Assembly (NCBI GenBank): GCA_051294375.1
Contig: CM119267.1
Location: 8,532,843-8,596,842, forward strand
Source: Paraspadella gotoi
Lineage: Eukaryota > Animalia > Chaetognatha
Length of the DNA: 64,000 nt
Direction: 5' to 3'
Shown: positions 1 through 14,865 of the stretch, piece by piece
Layout of the letters: each line of letters opens with the position of its first letter
Numbering within the stretch: position 1 is the first letter of the stretch
Made by a program: the position numbers and the translations under genes
The notes under the pieces: model-generated
The model's input: the letters and a program-made list of their open reading frames with translations, nothing else
Database searches by the model: none
What the model was told of the DNA's origin: nothing

Positions 1-394
1 TCACGAACTGTAAGTTTGCCCCAAGGATTCTAGCTTTAAAAACCCAATATTAATGACATTAATGAATTAATATTCCTTCTTTGGAGGAAAAATCGTTAAC
101 TATTTTTTCAATCTTTGTCCCTCTGGAATCAATTTTCTAGAAAAATAAAAGACGGGCGGAAAGCAAGGAAGGAATTTAAGACGGAGCGTCTGAAGGAAGG
201 AAGGAAAAAATAAAGAAGGAAGAAAGGAAGGAAGGAAGGAAAAAAGAAGGAAGAAAGGAAGGAAAGGAAAATCGAGAAATCGTGATATTTTATTAAATCA
301 TTCAAGGAAAGAGACGAAGCCATAACACGGGCGTGAAAATTGCATTCCGCTAAATTTCCCATCAAAACTTGTCTTTAAATTACGTCATAAAAAT

Positions 395-429
<35 letters not shown>

Positions 430-3310
430 NNNNNNNNNNNNNNNNNNNNNNNNNNNNNNNNNNNNNNNNNNNNNNNNNNNNNNNNNNNNNNNNNNNNNNN
501 NNNNNNNNNNNNNNNNNNNNNNNNNNNNNNNNNNNNNNNNNNNNNNNNNNNNNNNNNNNNNNNNNNNNNNNNNNNNNNNNNNNNNNNNNNNNNNNNNNNN
601 NNNNNNNNNNNNNNNNNNTCTGCTTGCTAGTGATTGGCCCCGCCTGCTTGCTCGTGATTGGCGAATTGCCTTCAGTCGATTCGCCCTCGTGAAAATTCAC
701 AGTCAATCGTCAGCAGCGGGTGAGGCTTCGGTGGGGGGGAGGAGAGTCTGAAGTAAGTTNNNNNNNNNNNNNNNNNNNNNNNNNNNNNNNNNNNNNNNNN
801 NNNNNNNNNNNNNNNNNNNNNNNNNNNNNNNNNNNNNNNNNNNNNNNNNNNNNNNNNNNNNNNNNNNNNNNNNNNNNNNNNNNNNNNNNNNNNNNNNNNN
901 NNNNNNNNNNNNNNNNNNNNNNNNNNNNNNNNNNNNNNNNNNNNNNNNNNNNAAAAAATGGAGACCCATTCGTCAACGAGATGGGAAAATGAGAAAAAGG
1001 AAGAAAGAAGAGAAATAAAGAAAGAGGAAACTGAGGTAAAAGGAAAAAAATGCGTATAAATTCTCGTGAATTTTATTTCGATGCCCGTGATCGGAGATCC
1101 ACACAGTGACCTAAGACGAGAATAGGCGCCCCCCGGCGAAAAAGATCGGGAACAAACAAAAGGGACACAAANNNNNNNNNNNNNNNNNNNNNNNNNNNNN
1201 NNNNNNNNNNNNNNNNNNNNNNNNNNNNNNNNNNNNNNNNNNNNNNNNNNNNNNNNNNNNNNNNNNNNNNNNNNNNNNNNNNNNNNNNNNNNNNNNNNNN
1301 NNNNNNNNNNNNNNNNNNNNNNNNNNNNNNNNNNNNNNNNNNNNNNNNNNNNNNNNNNNNNNNNNNNNNNNNNNNNNNNNNNNNNNNNNTTCGATGTTGC
1401 TGTAAAAGAAATTCTACAACCTCAAATAAGAGTAATGAAAAGATCCTTGTTCGACCTCAAAGTAACGTAGGATCTCATAAGAAAAAAAAATCTCTAAGTC
1501 TGACGTCCAAAAAGAGAGCAAAGTTCCCCGAGTCTCTTCGGCCGCCAACAAAAAATAAAAAAAGCGAGAGAGAAACGATTCTCTTTTTTCTCTGACTTCG
1601 AATTCGCACTTAATTCGATTTTTCAAAAGGAGCGNNNNNNNNNNNNNNNNNNNNNNNNNNNNNNNNNNNNNNNNNNNNNNNNNNNNNNNNNNNNNNNNNN
1701 NNNNNNNNNNNNNNNNNNNNNNNNNNNNNNNNNNNNNNNNNNNNNNNNNNNNNNNNNNNNNNNNNNNNNNNNNNNNNNNNNNNNNNNNNNNNNNNNNNNN
1801 NNNNNNNNNNNNNNNNNNNNNNNNNNNNNNNNNNNNNNNNNNNNNNNNNNNNNNNNNNNNNNNNNNNNNNNNNNNNNNNNNNNNNNNNNNNNNNNNNNNN
1901 NNNNNNNNNNNNNNNNNNNNNNNNNNNNNNNNNNNNNNNNNNNNNNNNNNNNNNNNNNNNNNNNNNCTCTCTCTCTCTCTCTCTCTCTCTAGCTCTAATT
2001 CAACTGTAAAACGACTTTTCACCTCCTCGTGTTCGCTTCATATTTACCCCCACTTCTCCCCTTCCCCCCTCCCTCCTCTTGGAAAGACGAGGTCTTCGTT
2101 AATCTAATTAAGCTTCGAGATATGAGACGACGTTGGGTCGAAAGGATCGGTGACCATTCAGGAGGGGGGGGTGACGAAGTGAGGTACCTATTTTCTAAAA
2201 GCGCCTCAATTCTGTTCCTAATCACAAATAGTTAATAATTATTATTTGGTATTTAATATTTTTGTTTTTAAACCTAAATATTTAACCCTAATCTTTTTTT
2301 AATAAATGCATAACCCTTATCCCTAACCCTAATGTCTAACTCTAACCTAANNNNNNNNNNNNNNNNNNNNNNNNNNNNNNNNNNNNNNNNNNNNNNNNNN
2401 NNNNNNNNNNNNNNNNNNNNNNNNNNNNNNNNNNAGCTGAAATAGGGCACTTTTGGAAATTATGGCCGAAATCTGATGGTCAGCGGGGGATCGAGAAGAT
2501 CTTGGACGTTGGTTGAAACCGAGAGCGCCATCTCTTTTATCGAACGTCAGCCGAACGAGAAAATTCGGAACCGGAGACTTTCAGTCCATCCATCCGTTCG
2601 TCCGGCCAAACCTCTGGAGCGAGAAATGGACCCAGCCGGGGTCGTCGTCGTCGTCNNNNNNNNNNNNNNNNNNNNNNNNNNNNNNNNNNNNNNNNNNNNN
2701 NNNNNNNNNNNNNNNNNNNNNNNNNNNNNNNNNNNNNNNNNNNNNNNNNNNNNNNNNNNNNNNNNNNNNNNNNNNNNNNNNNNNNNNNNNNNNNNNNNNN
2801 NNNNNNNNNNNNNNNNNNNNNNNNNNNNNNNNNNNNNNNNNNNNNNNNNNNNNNNNNNNNNNNNNNNNNNNNNNNNNNNNNNNNNNNNNNNNNNNNNNNN
2901 NNNNNNNNNNNNNNNNNNNNNNNNNNNNNNNNNNNNNNNNNNNNNNNNNNNNNNNNNNNNNNNNNNNNNNNNNNNNNNNNNNNNNNNNNNNNNNNNNNNN
3001 NNNNNNNNNNNNNNTCTCACAAAGTAAAAATAACAATAACAATAACAACAATCTCATCAACAGAAGCGAACCAACAGCATCCCAACGGGCGATCTCTCTC
3101 AGCGGCAGTCCGCGTTCACAGATCGAAGTTCCCTGCGGACGCGGTTTCTTTTTAATCGTCGCCGACCCGAGGAAAATGTCGGGCTCATTGTGACGCCGTT
3201 CTGAACGAGCGCGATAATCCTGAGCGTCCCGACGTCCCGGCGTGACGAGGCCATCGTTTGCATAATGCGCGATACGAAGAGAGACACAGATGGTCTTCTC
3301 TATCTATCTA

Positions 3311-3352
<42 letters not shown>

Positions 3353-4158
3353 ACGCGGGGGAAAAAGGATTTGTAATCGAAGCTTAACTACGAACGCGCG
3401 GGCAAAGTTTTTATAATGAAGGTACGAACGTGCTTGGTCGTTTTGTTTTCTCATTCATTGTTTAATTCACTTTATTACTTTTTAATTTTTAGGTGTTCGA
3501 AAAATAATCCGCGAATTAGTTGTTGATCGGGCTGCAAACGCTTTTCTTTAAACTTACTGTTACAGTTTAAATTTGATGAAAAATTTGAATCTGTTTACGA
3601 AGCTAGCGTTGACAATGAGCATCTGAATCAGTGAACTTCATAGCGCAATTCTCTAAAGAGTAATTGCAACCTACGTAATTTTGATAATCATTTATTGCAA
3701 CAATTTTTCCAAACAGGAACCAGGAACAAAGAGGGATGAATCCGTGAAGGCAAATTCTGCCTCAAGTTCCCAGAAGAACTCGAAGCCTAAAATCTAAAGG
3801 TTTCGCGTTTGTCATAAACGTCAGTGGGAAGAGTTAAAAACGGACCAGGGAAGATGCAGGGAAAAAAAAGGGAAAAGGGGAAGATCGGTGAAGGGTTGGT
3901 GGAAAATTTTGAGGAAAGGCTACTTAAATAAAGGAGAGAAGATGGGTAAAAGGTGATTTTTGAAAAATATTGGGCAAGGGGGAAAGGCTACTTAAATAAG
4001 GAGGAGAGGAAGATGGGGTAAAAGTTAAAGGAATGGTAAATATTGAGAGATACGAAAATTAGCCAAACAAAAGTTTAAAATTTGTAAACGAAAAACATGA
4101 GAAAGAAAATTATGAGAAGGAGAAAGAGTCTGANNNNNNNNNNNNNNNNNNNNNNNNN

Positions 4159-5163
4159 GTAAAAGTTAAAGGAATTGGATAAATACTGAGATACGGCAAA
4201 TTAGCAAAAAAAGTTATAAATTTGTAACAACGAAACATGAGAAAGAAAATATGGGAGGAGAAAGAGTCTGAAAAAATAGGGTTAGGGGAGAAGAAAAAGG
4301 AAAATTGCATGAGTGAAGATGGAACGTGGCACGAGGCTCGAAGAGAATTTGGTGAACGCGAAACCGGATTGACTTTTGGGTCAGGAGATTAGGACTCCGC
4401 GGCTGAGAAACGAAACTTGGTTTGAAAATGAAACATAACCCCCAAAAAAAAACGTATTTGTTCGATACAGACTTTGTATAAATTCTTTACCGTTCCTTTA
4501 ACCGTAACTTAATACAATGTTTTTCTACGAGAATGAAAAACCAAACTAGAAATGTACGGCCGTTCTCCTAATTAGACAATCGGTCTTCTCTATCCCAATT
4601 TTGCGGATCGATAGTAATTTGCAACCTTTTCACACATCAACTTGCAGTAGAACTTTGATTTACATCAGATCAGCGTTAATCAACCAATAATATGTTAATA
4701 TTTTGTCAAAAAATGTCTAGTGCCTTTAAAAATATACAAGAGCAAAATTTTTAATCATTTAGAGTCTTGCGTAAGAAGAATATAGCTAATCTTACGTTTC
4801 TAGTCAAAACGATAAGGATTTTTTTAAGTTTATTTGACACAATGTAATTTTAAAGATACTTGGGACTTAACTTCTTCTGTTAAATTAATCTTTTGCCTTT
4901 CTATCAAAATATAAATATTCTAGGTTTATGGCATAAGAATTGTCCGAAGTAATTCTAAAATGTCTACCATATGCTTTAGATGACTCGCTCTTTTTTTGAT
5001 CACCCATTAGCGCTCTTAGCCCCAGTCAATTACGTTTCATTGTGTATTCTCTCTTTCTCCTCTCCCTCTCTCTCTCTCTCTCTCTCTCCTTCTCTTCTCT
5101 CTCTCTCTTCTCTCTCTCTCTCTCTGTATCATCCATCCGTCTCTTTTTATTCTTTTCCAAAGT

Positions 5164-5246
<83 letters not shown>

Positions 5247-6568
5247 GCAAGTAAAGAAAGAAAAAAAAAAATTCGACGTCTTAAAGCATCGAAACCCGGA
5301 CCGGGACCGTGCCAGCCGTCGCGCAAGAGGGGGATGAGAAACCGGCGGGTGGCCAAGGGAAAATTCGGAGGAAACATGGGTTAACAGGGTCATCGAGGGT
5401 TAAGGAAGACCCAAAAGTCTCTCGCGAAAGTTAGGCCAGGGAATCGACAGGGGGTTCAAATTAGAAAAACAGGGAAAAAAGTGTGGAGAAAATGGAAGAA
5501 AAAGCGCGAAACGTACTCAAACGAAAACATCGCCGTTTAAAACAAAATTTATACAAACATTACGAAGTAAAAAAAAACGAAATTGAAAACGTCGAGAAGC
5601 GACTTGCTCGCCCTCTTCCTGTCCCCTGTTCCATTTTCCGGCGATTTGCCGAGAAGGAAGCGATAGAGAGTTTCCGGGGCGGAGGAAAGAAAGGAGAGGA
5701 GGATAAATTCTCTGAAGACGAATGACCGGAAACAGGAAAATGGACGTAATGGGGACGAAGGTTGGAGAGGAGACAAAGGAGGAAGAAGAAGGAGGGTAAG
5801 AAAGAAGGTAGAGGATGAAGGAAGGAGGATAGAAAAAAGAAACAGAAGGTGAAAAGGAGGAAAGGAAGGAGGGAGAAGAAGAAGAAGGAAGGAAAGGAAG
5901 AAGAAGAAGGAAGGAAGGAAGAGGAGGAGTAAGGAAGGGAAGGAGAAAGGAAGGAAGAGAAGAAGATTGGGAAAAAGGGAATAAAACCAGTTTGAGAAAT
6001 TGGGAAGGATAAAGAAGTCATAGTAAAAAATGGGAAGAAACCAAGAAGTTAGGAAGAAATTGACGAAAGGCGAGGAAGAAAGGAATGAAGAAAACAAAAG
6101 TTAAAAGGCAAAGAGAAAGGAAAGAAAACCAAAAATAAAAGAAAAAAATAAGGAAGGTACATAGAGAATAAAATGGACGATGGAGGAAAAATAAAACTGG
6201 GGAAAAAAAGGAGAGAAATATCAGAAGGGGGGGAGTCGGTCGCGGACAGTTCCATTCCGTTCTTGTCCCGACGAGTCGTCCCGCTCTGATACAACTCTGT
6301 GCGGCGCGACGCCGATTGACGTTCGACCTCGCAGCGGCGCCGACCAGCCGGCAGCGCCTCGGCGTCGGCCGCCGCCAAAACGGAAGGCGACGCTTCTATG
6401 GAATATCATTCAATTCCGCGCGTCCGAAATACGAGGCTTGAAATATGCATGAGACCGAAAGCCGAGGACAGGAATAAAAAAAAAAGAAAGGGGTCTTTCT
6501 GCGACGTTCGAAAAGGATTTTTTATTTTTTTTTTGAATAGGAACGAGAGATGAGAGAGGAGGAGAGAG

Positions 6569-6642
<74 letters not shown>

Positions 6643-8050
6643 CAATAAATCAAAGTGGAAAACAATCCGAGAAAATCTTTTTTTCACCATAGCAACTGGA
6701 TTTAACAGTCACAAAGATTTGTCGAAAACTTTTAGGGGGAATTATTATGCGTCCAACGGTTTAAATTATTCTAAATACGGTTTAGCATCGGTTTCATGGA
6801 ACCAAGAATGGAATCTTGGATGGAATCTCGGATGGAGTCGACGACTCCTCTCATCCGCGAAGTGGAGAATTGCGTCGAGGTCATCACGAGCGACGTCGCG
6901 GGATTATGACGAGCCGTTGTATGCGATGAGGAAAAGAAGAGGAGAGAGAGAGAGAGGAGCGAGAGAGAGAGAGGAGAGAGAGAATGAGGAGAGAGAGAGA
7001 AGAGAGAGAGCAGAAGAGAGAGCCCGATTATGTGGGTTTCTTTGGAAGCGGTACAAGCTTTTCGACCCCAGAACGTGACTCTGACCTTTTCCCTTCGCCT
7101 CTCTAACTGCCATAGGGTTTCACGAGACGTCCGTGTCGGAGAGAACGCGAGTTCGAGCCCTTACGGTCTGCCGTTCGTTGGTTCTACGGTGAAGACGGGC
7201 CATTTTGACGGATCGTTCCCGGGCGGAAACATCACAATTATCATATTAATTAACTGTCAAAACCAGGAACAGTCGAAATTAGCATCGCGCAACAGCTACA
7301 GCACCACACACAACAACGACGACGCGAAGATTAAGACAACGGCGTTGGTTTCTCGGCCCCTCGTCCCCGGCGGACGGCGAAAGCCAATAAAAAAACAGCG
7401 ACTTTCGGCGCATTAAAAACAAAAAACCCTGATGGAATAATTAAGGCGCCGCTGCGGCGGCGGACGCGGCGACGCGACGACGACGACGACGACACGGCGA
7501 CGACGACGAGTACGACGACGTAACAAACAACCCATGGTTCCTTCGAATATAATCGATAAACTATTTAATTACATTATCCTGTTGGGAAAACTGAATTAGG
7601 AAATATAAGGAATTTATTCGAAAAGTTTGTCATAGAATGTAGACGAATTAATGTAAAGGAGTACGCGTTTATAAAAAGTTTATCTCAGAGAAAACGATAA
7701 TATTTTTCCAATCATCTGTTTACGGGTCATAAAATGGGAAAAGAAATCTTTCGCTTTCAAACTATCTCTTCTTTACTTAATTCAGCCTCCTTCAACAATG
7801 CGTTCCCAGAAAAGTCAGTTAAATTCTAGCACCAAACAAGCGATAAACCAAACAACAAGAAGACTCCGCCCACTCCACCCAGCCCGATCTGTTACCCCCA
7901 ATCCAGCCCGCCCGCTTACCGACCTCCAATTTCTCTTTGGCTTTAACATCTTTTAAAAAACACCTCGGGCAAGTCCAGCCCTCGGGGCCTTAATCCTTGC
8001 CAACGCGACAATAAAGATAGCGGACGCTATCCTTCCGCCGCCGGGTTTTC

Positions 8051-8085
<35 letters not shown>

Positions 8086-11000
8086 TCTCTCTCTCTCTCT
8101 CTCTCTCTCTCTTCTTTCTTTCTTCTCTTATACCCTCTCTCAGTCTCTCCCTTCTTCTCAGCTCCCTGTCTTTTCTGTCTCTCGCTCCCTCCTCATCCCC
8201 TCCTCTCTTCTCCTCTTCTGCCCTCTCTCTCTTCTCCTCTCCCTCTCCTCTCTCTCTCTCACCACAATTCCGCGTTCTTTGGAGAGGAAAACGTTTTAAT
8301 GATTCGCTCGTCGGTTTGAAAGCCCAAAGAAAATGAGCAGAGCGTAGGATGAGAAGTCGGCGTTGGCGTTGACGTTGAGCAATTATTGACCAGATCGGTT
8401 CCATTACTTGTTTTTGAGGCAAGAAGGAAAGGAGGAAAGGAAAGCTGTCCTAGGAGGAACGAGAAGGCTGAAAAGAAAAAAAGCGACAAGAGAAGAAGAA
8501 AAATAGAGCTCTTTCTTTCCTCATTCTTTCTTTAGGCTCCCGGCCTCTCTAAAAGGTCCGCGGCGAAGAAACGATTCAGTATTTCTCTTTTTTTTTTTTA
8601 TATCTGCAAACCAAAAAATTTTGCGTCCTAAAAAAGCAATTATAAGCGGGCAGTAATTAAACAGTTTTATTGACGTCACTGTAACAAGTTAATAAAAAAC
8701 AGTTTTAGCAATATTCAGTCATTTAAGTACGAGAAAAATTTGACCTCATCAACATCTCAGCCTTCATTTGTTAAATCGTCCGCTGAGCGAGGTCTTGACG
8801 AGTTGGCCGAAACTCTTCTAGCTATTTTACCTCACTAAAAAACCTCACTCTTCTTCTCCTATCTACACCCCCCTTCTCCTCCCCCAACCCCCACCTTCGT
8901 CTCCCCCCCCCCAGAGGTTTCCACTCAATTTAGCTTTTACTCTCCCGCACTCAATCCAGTTTCCAAACACCAGCCTCGCATGGGCTCGCGCTCGCACAAA
9001 ACCGACTTGCGACTTACAACGCGCACACACGCGGTGGTCGATTAATACAGTCCATGCGAGTTCTACCTTATGGCACGTACCCGGACTCCATTGCTCGGTG
9101 CCGCGGCAGGAAACGAGCGCCAACTTTTGCATGCGAAACGATTGGTGAGAGCAAATGTTTCCTCGATTCGCGTTCACGCTACAAAGTGAGGCGAAGTTCC
9201 GAGCGACATCGCGCGCTCTCACTTCCTTACCTCCCGTTGACGAGGGCCGCGATTCCAACTCCTCGTCGTATTTCATCCGTTTCCTACCCGGCCGCAACTG
9301 GGGAAAGCATCAATTCGTCGGAGATGAGGTTCTTATTATCGGAAATATATTGGTATTTCCCAATGGGTAAGGATTGAAAAAGTATGCGCCAACGTGATCA
9401 AGGTTTCGAAAAATTTGAGAAAGACTAACCTGGAACCCTAATCCTAATCTGTTAACCGTAAACCTTAGTTCCTTTTAACCGTTAATATCTTTTAACCATA
9501 ATTCCGAATTTAATATAAGAAATGGTACGCTTTTGGGATATATCTCTCGTGCCGAGTCGGCTTTAATTTAAAAAAAAACGATTGATAAAAACAAAGGTTA
9601 TCTAGAGGAATTCCATAAAATTAAATATACTAGCCGAAACAGGCCATGCGCACACGGACCGAGCAACGGGCCACCGGACACGGAAGGCACACGGGCACAC
9701 CCACACCACCACCGGCACCGGCACACCGCACCGGCACACGGGCACACCGGCACGCGAGAATAAGATAAGCCTTCTTTCCTTCTATTCGTAAAGGCCAGTT
9801 TCGGAACGCCAACCGCCGGATAAAAAAAAAATAAATTTTTCCCCAACGTCCCCGCGAAGTGACCCCCTTCTAGGCAGCGGCCATTTCATCATCGCTTCCC
9901 GCGAGGTTTGTCGCCAAAATTCCCGCCTTTTTTTAACCTCATTTACAAAAAAAAAAAAAGAAAACAAAAGGGTTCATTCGCTTATCTACGGTTTTAAAGT
10001 TAAATATAGGGTGAAAGTAAGACATAAAGATTATTTTAACGATTCTTTCTGTTTTTTCCAGGATTTCGCGCGTTTTTTTGTCGACTCGTTTCTTCAATTC
10101 TAGCCCCTAGCGCCCCCTGTCCCACGGCGCCCTATGTTCTCCTTATTGAGCAGTTTTTTTGCCACTTATGTAATCACCCCCTAATTAAAGCGAGAAAAAA
10201 GGGGGGAAAAGTTTCAATGTTCTGTCTGCGGTTTGCAAAAGTAAACAAATCGTAAAAAGTAACGATGGATCAGTAAAACTTTACGGAGATGAAAAATAGA
10301 GAATTGAGGCTTAACAGAATGACATCGCAGGTGAGAAACGCAAGAGAAAACTTCACGACAAAAGTTTTTTTTAAAAACACCTAATCGCCATAACGAGGTA
10401 AGGTCGAGAAAACGGAGAACCGTCCACTGGAGAGAGGAGTGACCGGGAGAAATTGACCTAAGTCAGGGAGGACGTTGAGCATTGACCAAGGTACGCCGCC
10501 AACTTCTGAAAGTTTATGTTATTTCGAGGACGAAATAATATTTAATTATATATAATTATTTAATATATTGATATTAGTAACATACTAGTATAATCCTTTA
10601 AATTAGGTGTGAAATCCATTATTAGTGTGTTGTGTCTGGATTTTCTCTCGAATATTTTTTTTTAATTCGTTAACCAAAAAAAATGGATACCAAAAAGCGT
10701 TTCCAGCCTTCATTAAATTTAATACGGTTTCGAAATGTGCGGAATCGAGCTTTCTTTTTGATAAATTTACAAGGAATTAATTATTCCGCCAAAAACTGAA
10801 TATAAAGTGAATAGCCTCTGGTGGAGTCGCGAAACGTAAAGAAACGAAAAACCGGCGAAACTTGAAACAAAAGCGGAAAGGCTCGAAGCTATGCAGTAGA
10901 TGTGAATAATCAGGAACGGAGGATCGTAGGTTTAGAACAAAGTAATTAAGAATAATAATAGGTAGATAGGAATTAGAAAAAAGAAATAGAATCTTGAGAT

Positions 11001-12838
11001 GAAAAAAATAAAAGCTTTAATTTAAATTTAAAAGAAAATCGGAAAAGGAAAAGACCTAGAGGAAAAAGCTTGGCGCTGAAGACCAAAGATTGGAAAACTG
11101 AAAAGAAATTATCACTCCCAGTTCGAAAAATAGGCAAAGCGAGGATTACTTCTCAAGGAAACAGTCTTCTCTCCACGAGGAGGAAAAGCAAACGAGTGTT
11201 AAAATTTGGCGGTCGACTTTTAACACGAAACTGAGATAAAAGAAGAGCAGGAAAACAAATAGAGGACGTTTCTCGAGACAAAAGAGATAAAAATGAATCC
11301 AAATGTGTCACCAGACAATTTGGAAACACAAAGAGAGATGGTTGGGCCGAGAAAAAAGAAAAAATATTTTTAGTAATGACAAAGAAAGAGAAAAACTTTG
11401 AGGGAATATGGATTTGCTTTTAAGGTTTTTTTTTTGGCAAATTGTTGCTTCTTGGTTTCTACTTTGTTCTGGGATTTTTTTTCTGCCCCGGGTAACTTCG
11501 ACCCCGAAATCCCCCCCCTTAGAAAAATGCTAGGGAAAACCGGGGCGGGGGGTAGCGGCGCAGGTTGGGAGATGGAAAAATAAAACATTAGCTAACCGAA
11601 GTGAAGTTCGGGCGGAAGGAGAGAAAGAAGGAAGGTGCCGAGAACGCGATGATAAATTCAATTATGCGATCGAGTAAACGTTTTCTGTCAATATCACTTC
11701 AATTCGAAGCGGGGAAACTCGCCAACTGGGCTCCAACTCTATCTTTTCTACTAAACGGTATACAGCGAGCATGAAATATCTCAACTATCAATTAATTTTA
11801 AAATTTAAAATAATTTAAGGCTAATAAAAGTTCACGAACATTCTTTGGCCAGTTGAGATTTTTTTTTGCGAAACGAAAAAAAACAAACCGCGCGAGAAAA
11901 AGGGAAAAAATAAAATGGAATAAAAATTTGAAATGGAATGCTAATGTTGACTGAAGAAGGGAAAAGCTTTTTTTTATTTCTCCGGCCCCACGTCTCACTT
12001 TCAATAAAAAGGCGAAGATTTTCTTTTAGGGAGTAAAAAACCGAGACGAGGTGAGCGGAGGTGAAATGAAATGGGAATTATAATGCGGAGGACATAAAGC
12101 GAGGTAAGGTTTAACGTAGCTCTGAGAGAGAGAGAGAGGAGAGAGAGGCTGTTAAACGGTCGAGAAAGGACGATATTTTCTCGCCTTCCCCCACCTTAGA
12201 TCGATTGCCTCATCGAGACAGAAACTTTATATTTCGGATCAATTGGTCTCACAAATAGTTTATATTAATATATTATAGTCTAAAAAAAATATTGTCACCA
12301 TTAAATTTCGCTAATACGCAGCAACAACGTATTGCTAAGCTTTTTTAAAAGGTTTATACAGAATGTGGTTTACTAACTGAGGGAAAGCAGAAGACTGAAA
12401 AATACTCCAGAATGGAATGCGGGAAAAAGAAATAGAGAGGAAAGACGAGAGAGAGAGAGAGAGAGAGAGGAGAGACAGAATGAGAGAAGGAGAGAGGATG
12501 ATGAGAGAGAGAGAGAGAGAGAAATGAGAGAGAGAGAGAGAGAGTTTAACTTCTCCAGAAGATCATGAAAATTTTCTGGATCTAAAGATCTCAGGGCTGC
12601 ATGCCCCATAAATGATAATCGAAGACGATTGGCGAAGAAGAAAAAAAAGATTAAAAAAAATCATTTTCATTAAAAAAAAATATTCAATTCACAGAAGACA
12701 TCGAAAAAAGTGAATGTTTATGCAAATCTCTTTTGGGAGGGAGCACAATGCCTTTTCTTTAGAGAATTTTGAATCTTTTCAGAAGTATTGTGGCAGCAAA
12801 GCACTTAAAGCTTCTCAGCTGCTCTCAATGGCTGAGCA
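4159..12838. repeat. Copy 1 of a ~9.4-kb tandemly repeated segment with no convincing ORF
   Basis: Same ordered landmarks in three copies, e.g. gcatcgaaaccc at ~5286, ~14905 and ~23607, and tattgtggcagca at 12786, 22193 and 30908. Copies differ mostly by 1-bp indels. Confidence 0.9.
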
Positions 12839-14160
12839 TTAAGGCTGGAGCATATCGGTACTTTTCTTTATCTCATCCGATCGTAACAACAAAAAAAAGT
12901 TAGTAAAATACAAGGTGTTTAATTATAATATTTTTATTTAAAAATAATATGTGATCTTCACGATAGCAAAATCGGGCTAAATAGTGGATTATTTTTTTTG
13001 GCGTAGAGATACACCGATTCACTCATTTAAGTTATAAATTTCACTTCATCGGCTAAAAAAAAAATAATCCATCCAACCACAAAGCGTTGCATATAAAAAA
13101 TTGACCAATCAGCATTCATTATTTGCGAATCATTTGCTACTCATTTGTTTATTAGTTTACGAAGGAAAAATTTCGGAAAAAGTTTTTAGAATTAGAATTT
13201 TTAAAAAAATAAGTAGAATAGTATTAGTTTAGGACTAGACTAAGACTTTTGCATGCCAAAATACAAAAAAGGTTTCAACTCGCAGTCAGGAGAAAGACGA
13301 ACATTCTTGGTAGCTCGAAGCCCTTAAATCCATCTCAATTGCCAACTCTTCGCGATGTTTTGTGTCACGCTAAAATATAAAAAGGTTAATACATGTGGAT
13401 AGAATTTTTGATTAACACAGCTGTTGTTTTTTTCTTTTCGTTCATGGCTGATAATTCTCATAATTTAGTTCTTGTATTATGATCCTTTCATTTCGTTGTG
13501 TTTCGCAGATTTAATTGAAATAGTTCAAAATGCGCATTTCTATCAACAATAATTTATATTTTTTAGTTAGAAATTTATTTTCATTTAAGCTGAAATAAAA
13601 AGCATGTCTGTTTTTTCTAATGAAAATACAAAAATCGTTTTTGAAATCCAACTATTTCATTAAATTCTTCTTATTATAGTTCTTATATATTTCATCTTAT
13701 TTAAATTTCACTGGAAGGAAATAACCTCAACACGCGTTTTTTAATCGGTGGCAAAGACATCGTTGGATGTCTATCAGGATCGTGCCAACTCTTCTCTTCC
13801 CGATTTCTGCTTTGGACTGCTTGCGGGTGCGAGTCGAAACGTGCGGAAAGGACTGACACAATGTCACCAATCCCAGGTTCACACTTTTCATAACTTTTGA
13901 TTCCGATCGTCCCGACAAACTTCTTTGACATTCTTAACTGTTAAGTGTCAATTAACTTTCTGTGTTCTGTGATTCGGGATGCGAATGCGAAACTGTGAAT
14001 GGCAAGCGGCATATAGTTTGCCATTGTTGAAAAAGCAAATTAAAATTCCATCAATCGAGCTTCGCTTTCATCTTCGATCAGACGTAACAAAAGTTCACGA
14101 GTTGCGAAAAATGTCTATTGCCCCGGTTGACCCGGGAAAACCACATCTTCTCTCTTTTTT

Positions 14161-14672
14161 TCTGAAAAAATAGGTTAGGGGAAGAAGAAAAAGGAAAAAT
14201 GCATGAGTGAAGATGGAACGTGCAACCGGAGGCTCGAGAGTTGGTGGAACGCGAACCGGATGACTTTGGGTCAGGAGATTAGACTTCGCGGCTGAGAAAC
14301 GAAACTTGGGTTTGAAAGAAACATAACCCCCCCCAAAAAAAACGTATTGTTCGCATACAGACTTTGTATTTAATTCTTTTACGTTCCTTTAACCTCGTCC
14401 ATTAAAACTAAAACGTTTTAAAAACGAAATTGATTAAATTTTCTCAAGCGAGAAATGAAAAACAACGACACATCATAGAAATTATGATGCAGCGGCCCAA
14501 GTTTCTCTCTCTTTTCCAATTTAGACAATTTTTTCGGTTTCTTCTGCTTTTTTATCGCCAACTTTTTTGCGGGGAGATTCCGAGTCCCAACTTTGAACTC
14601 TTTTTTCGACACATTCAACGCTTTGCCCCAGTCAATTACGTTTTCATTGTGTATTCTCTCTCTCTCTCTCTC

Positions 14673-14706
<34 letters not shown>

Positions 14707-14783
14707 CTTCTCTTCTCTTCTCTCTCTCTCTCTCTCTCTCTGTATCATCCATCCGTCTCTCTTTTATTCTTTTCCAAAGTTCT

Positions 14784-14865
<82 letters not shown>

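Noticed and set aside
4980-6100. ORFs rich in ERER, LSLS or FFLL here and throughout the track
   Set aside because: Translations of (AG)n/(CT)n and purine-rich simple repeats or of N gaps.
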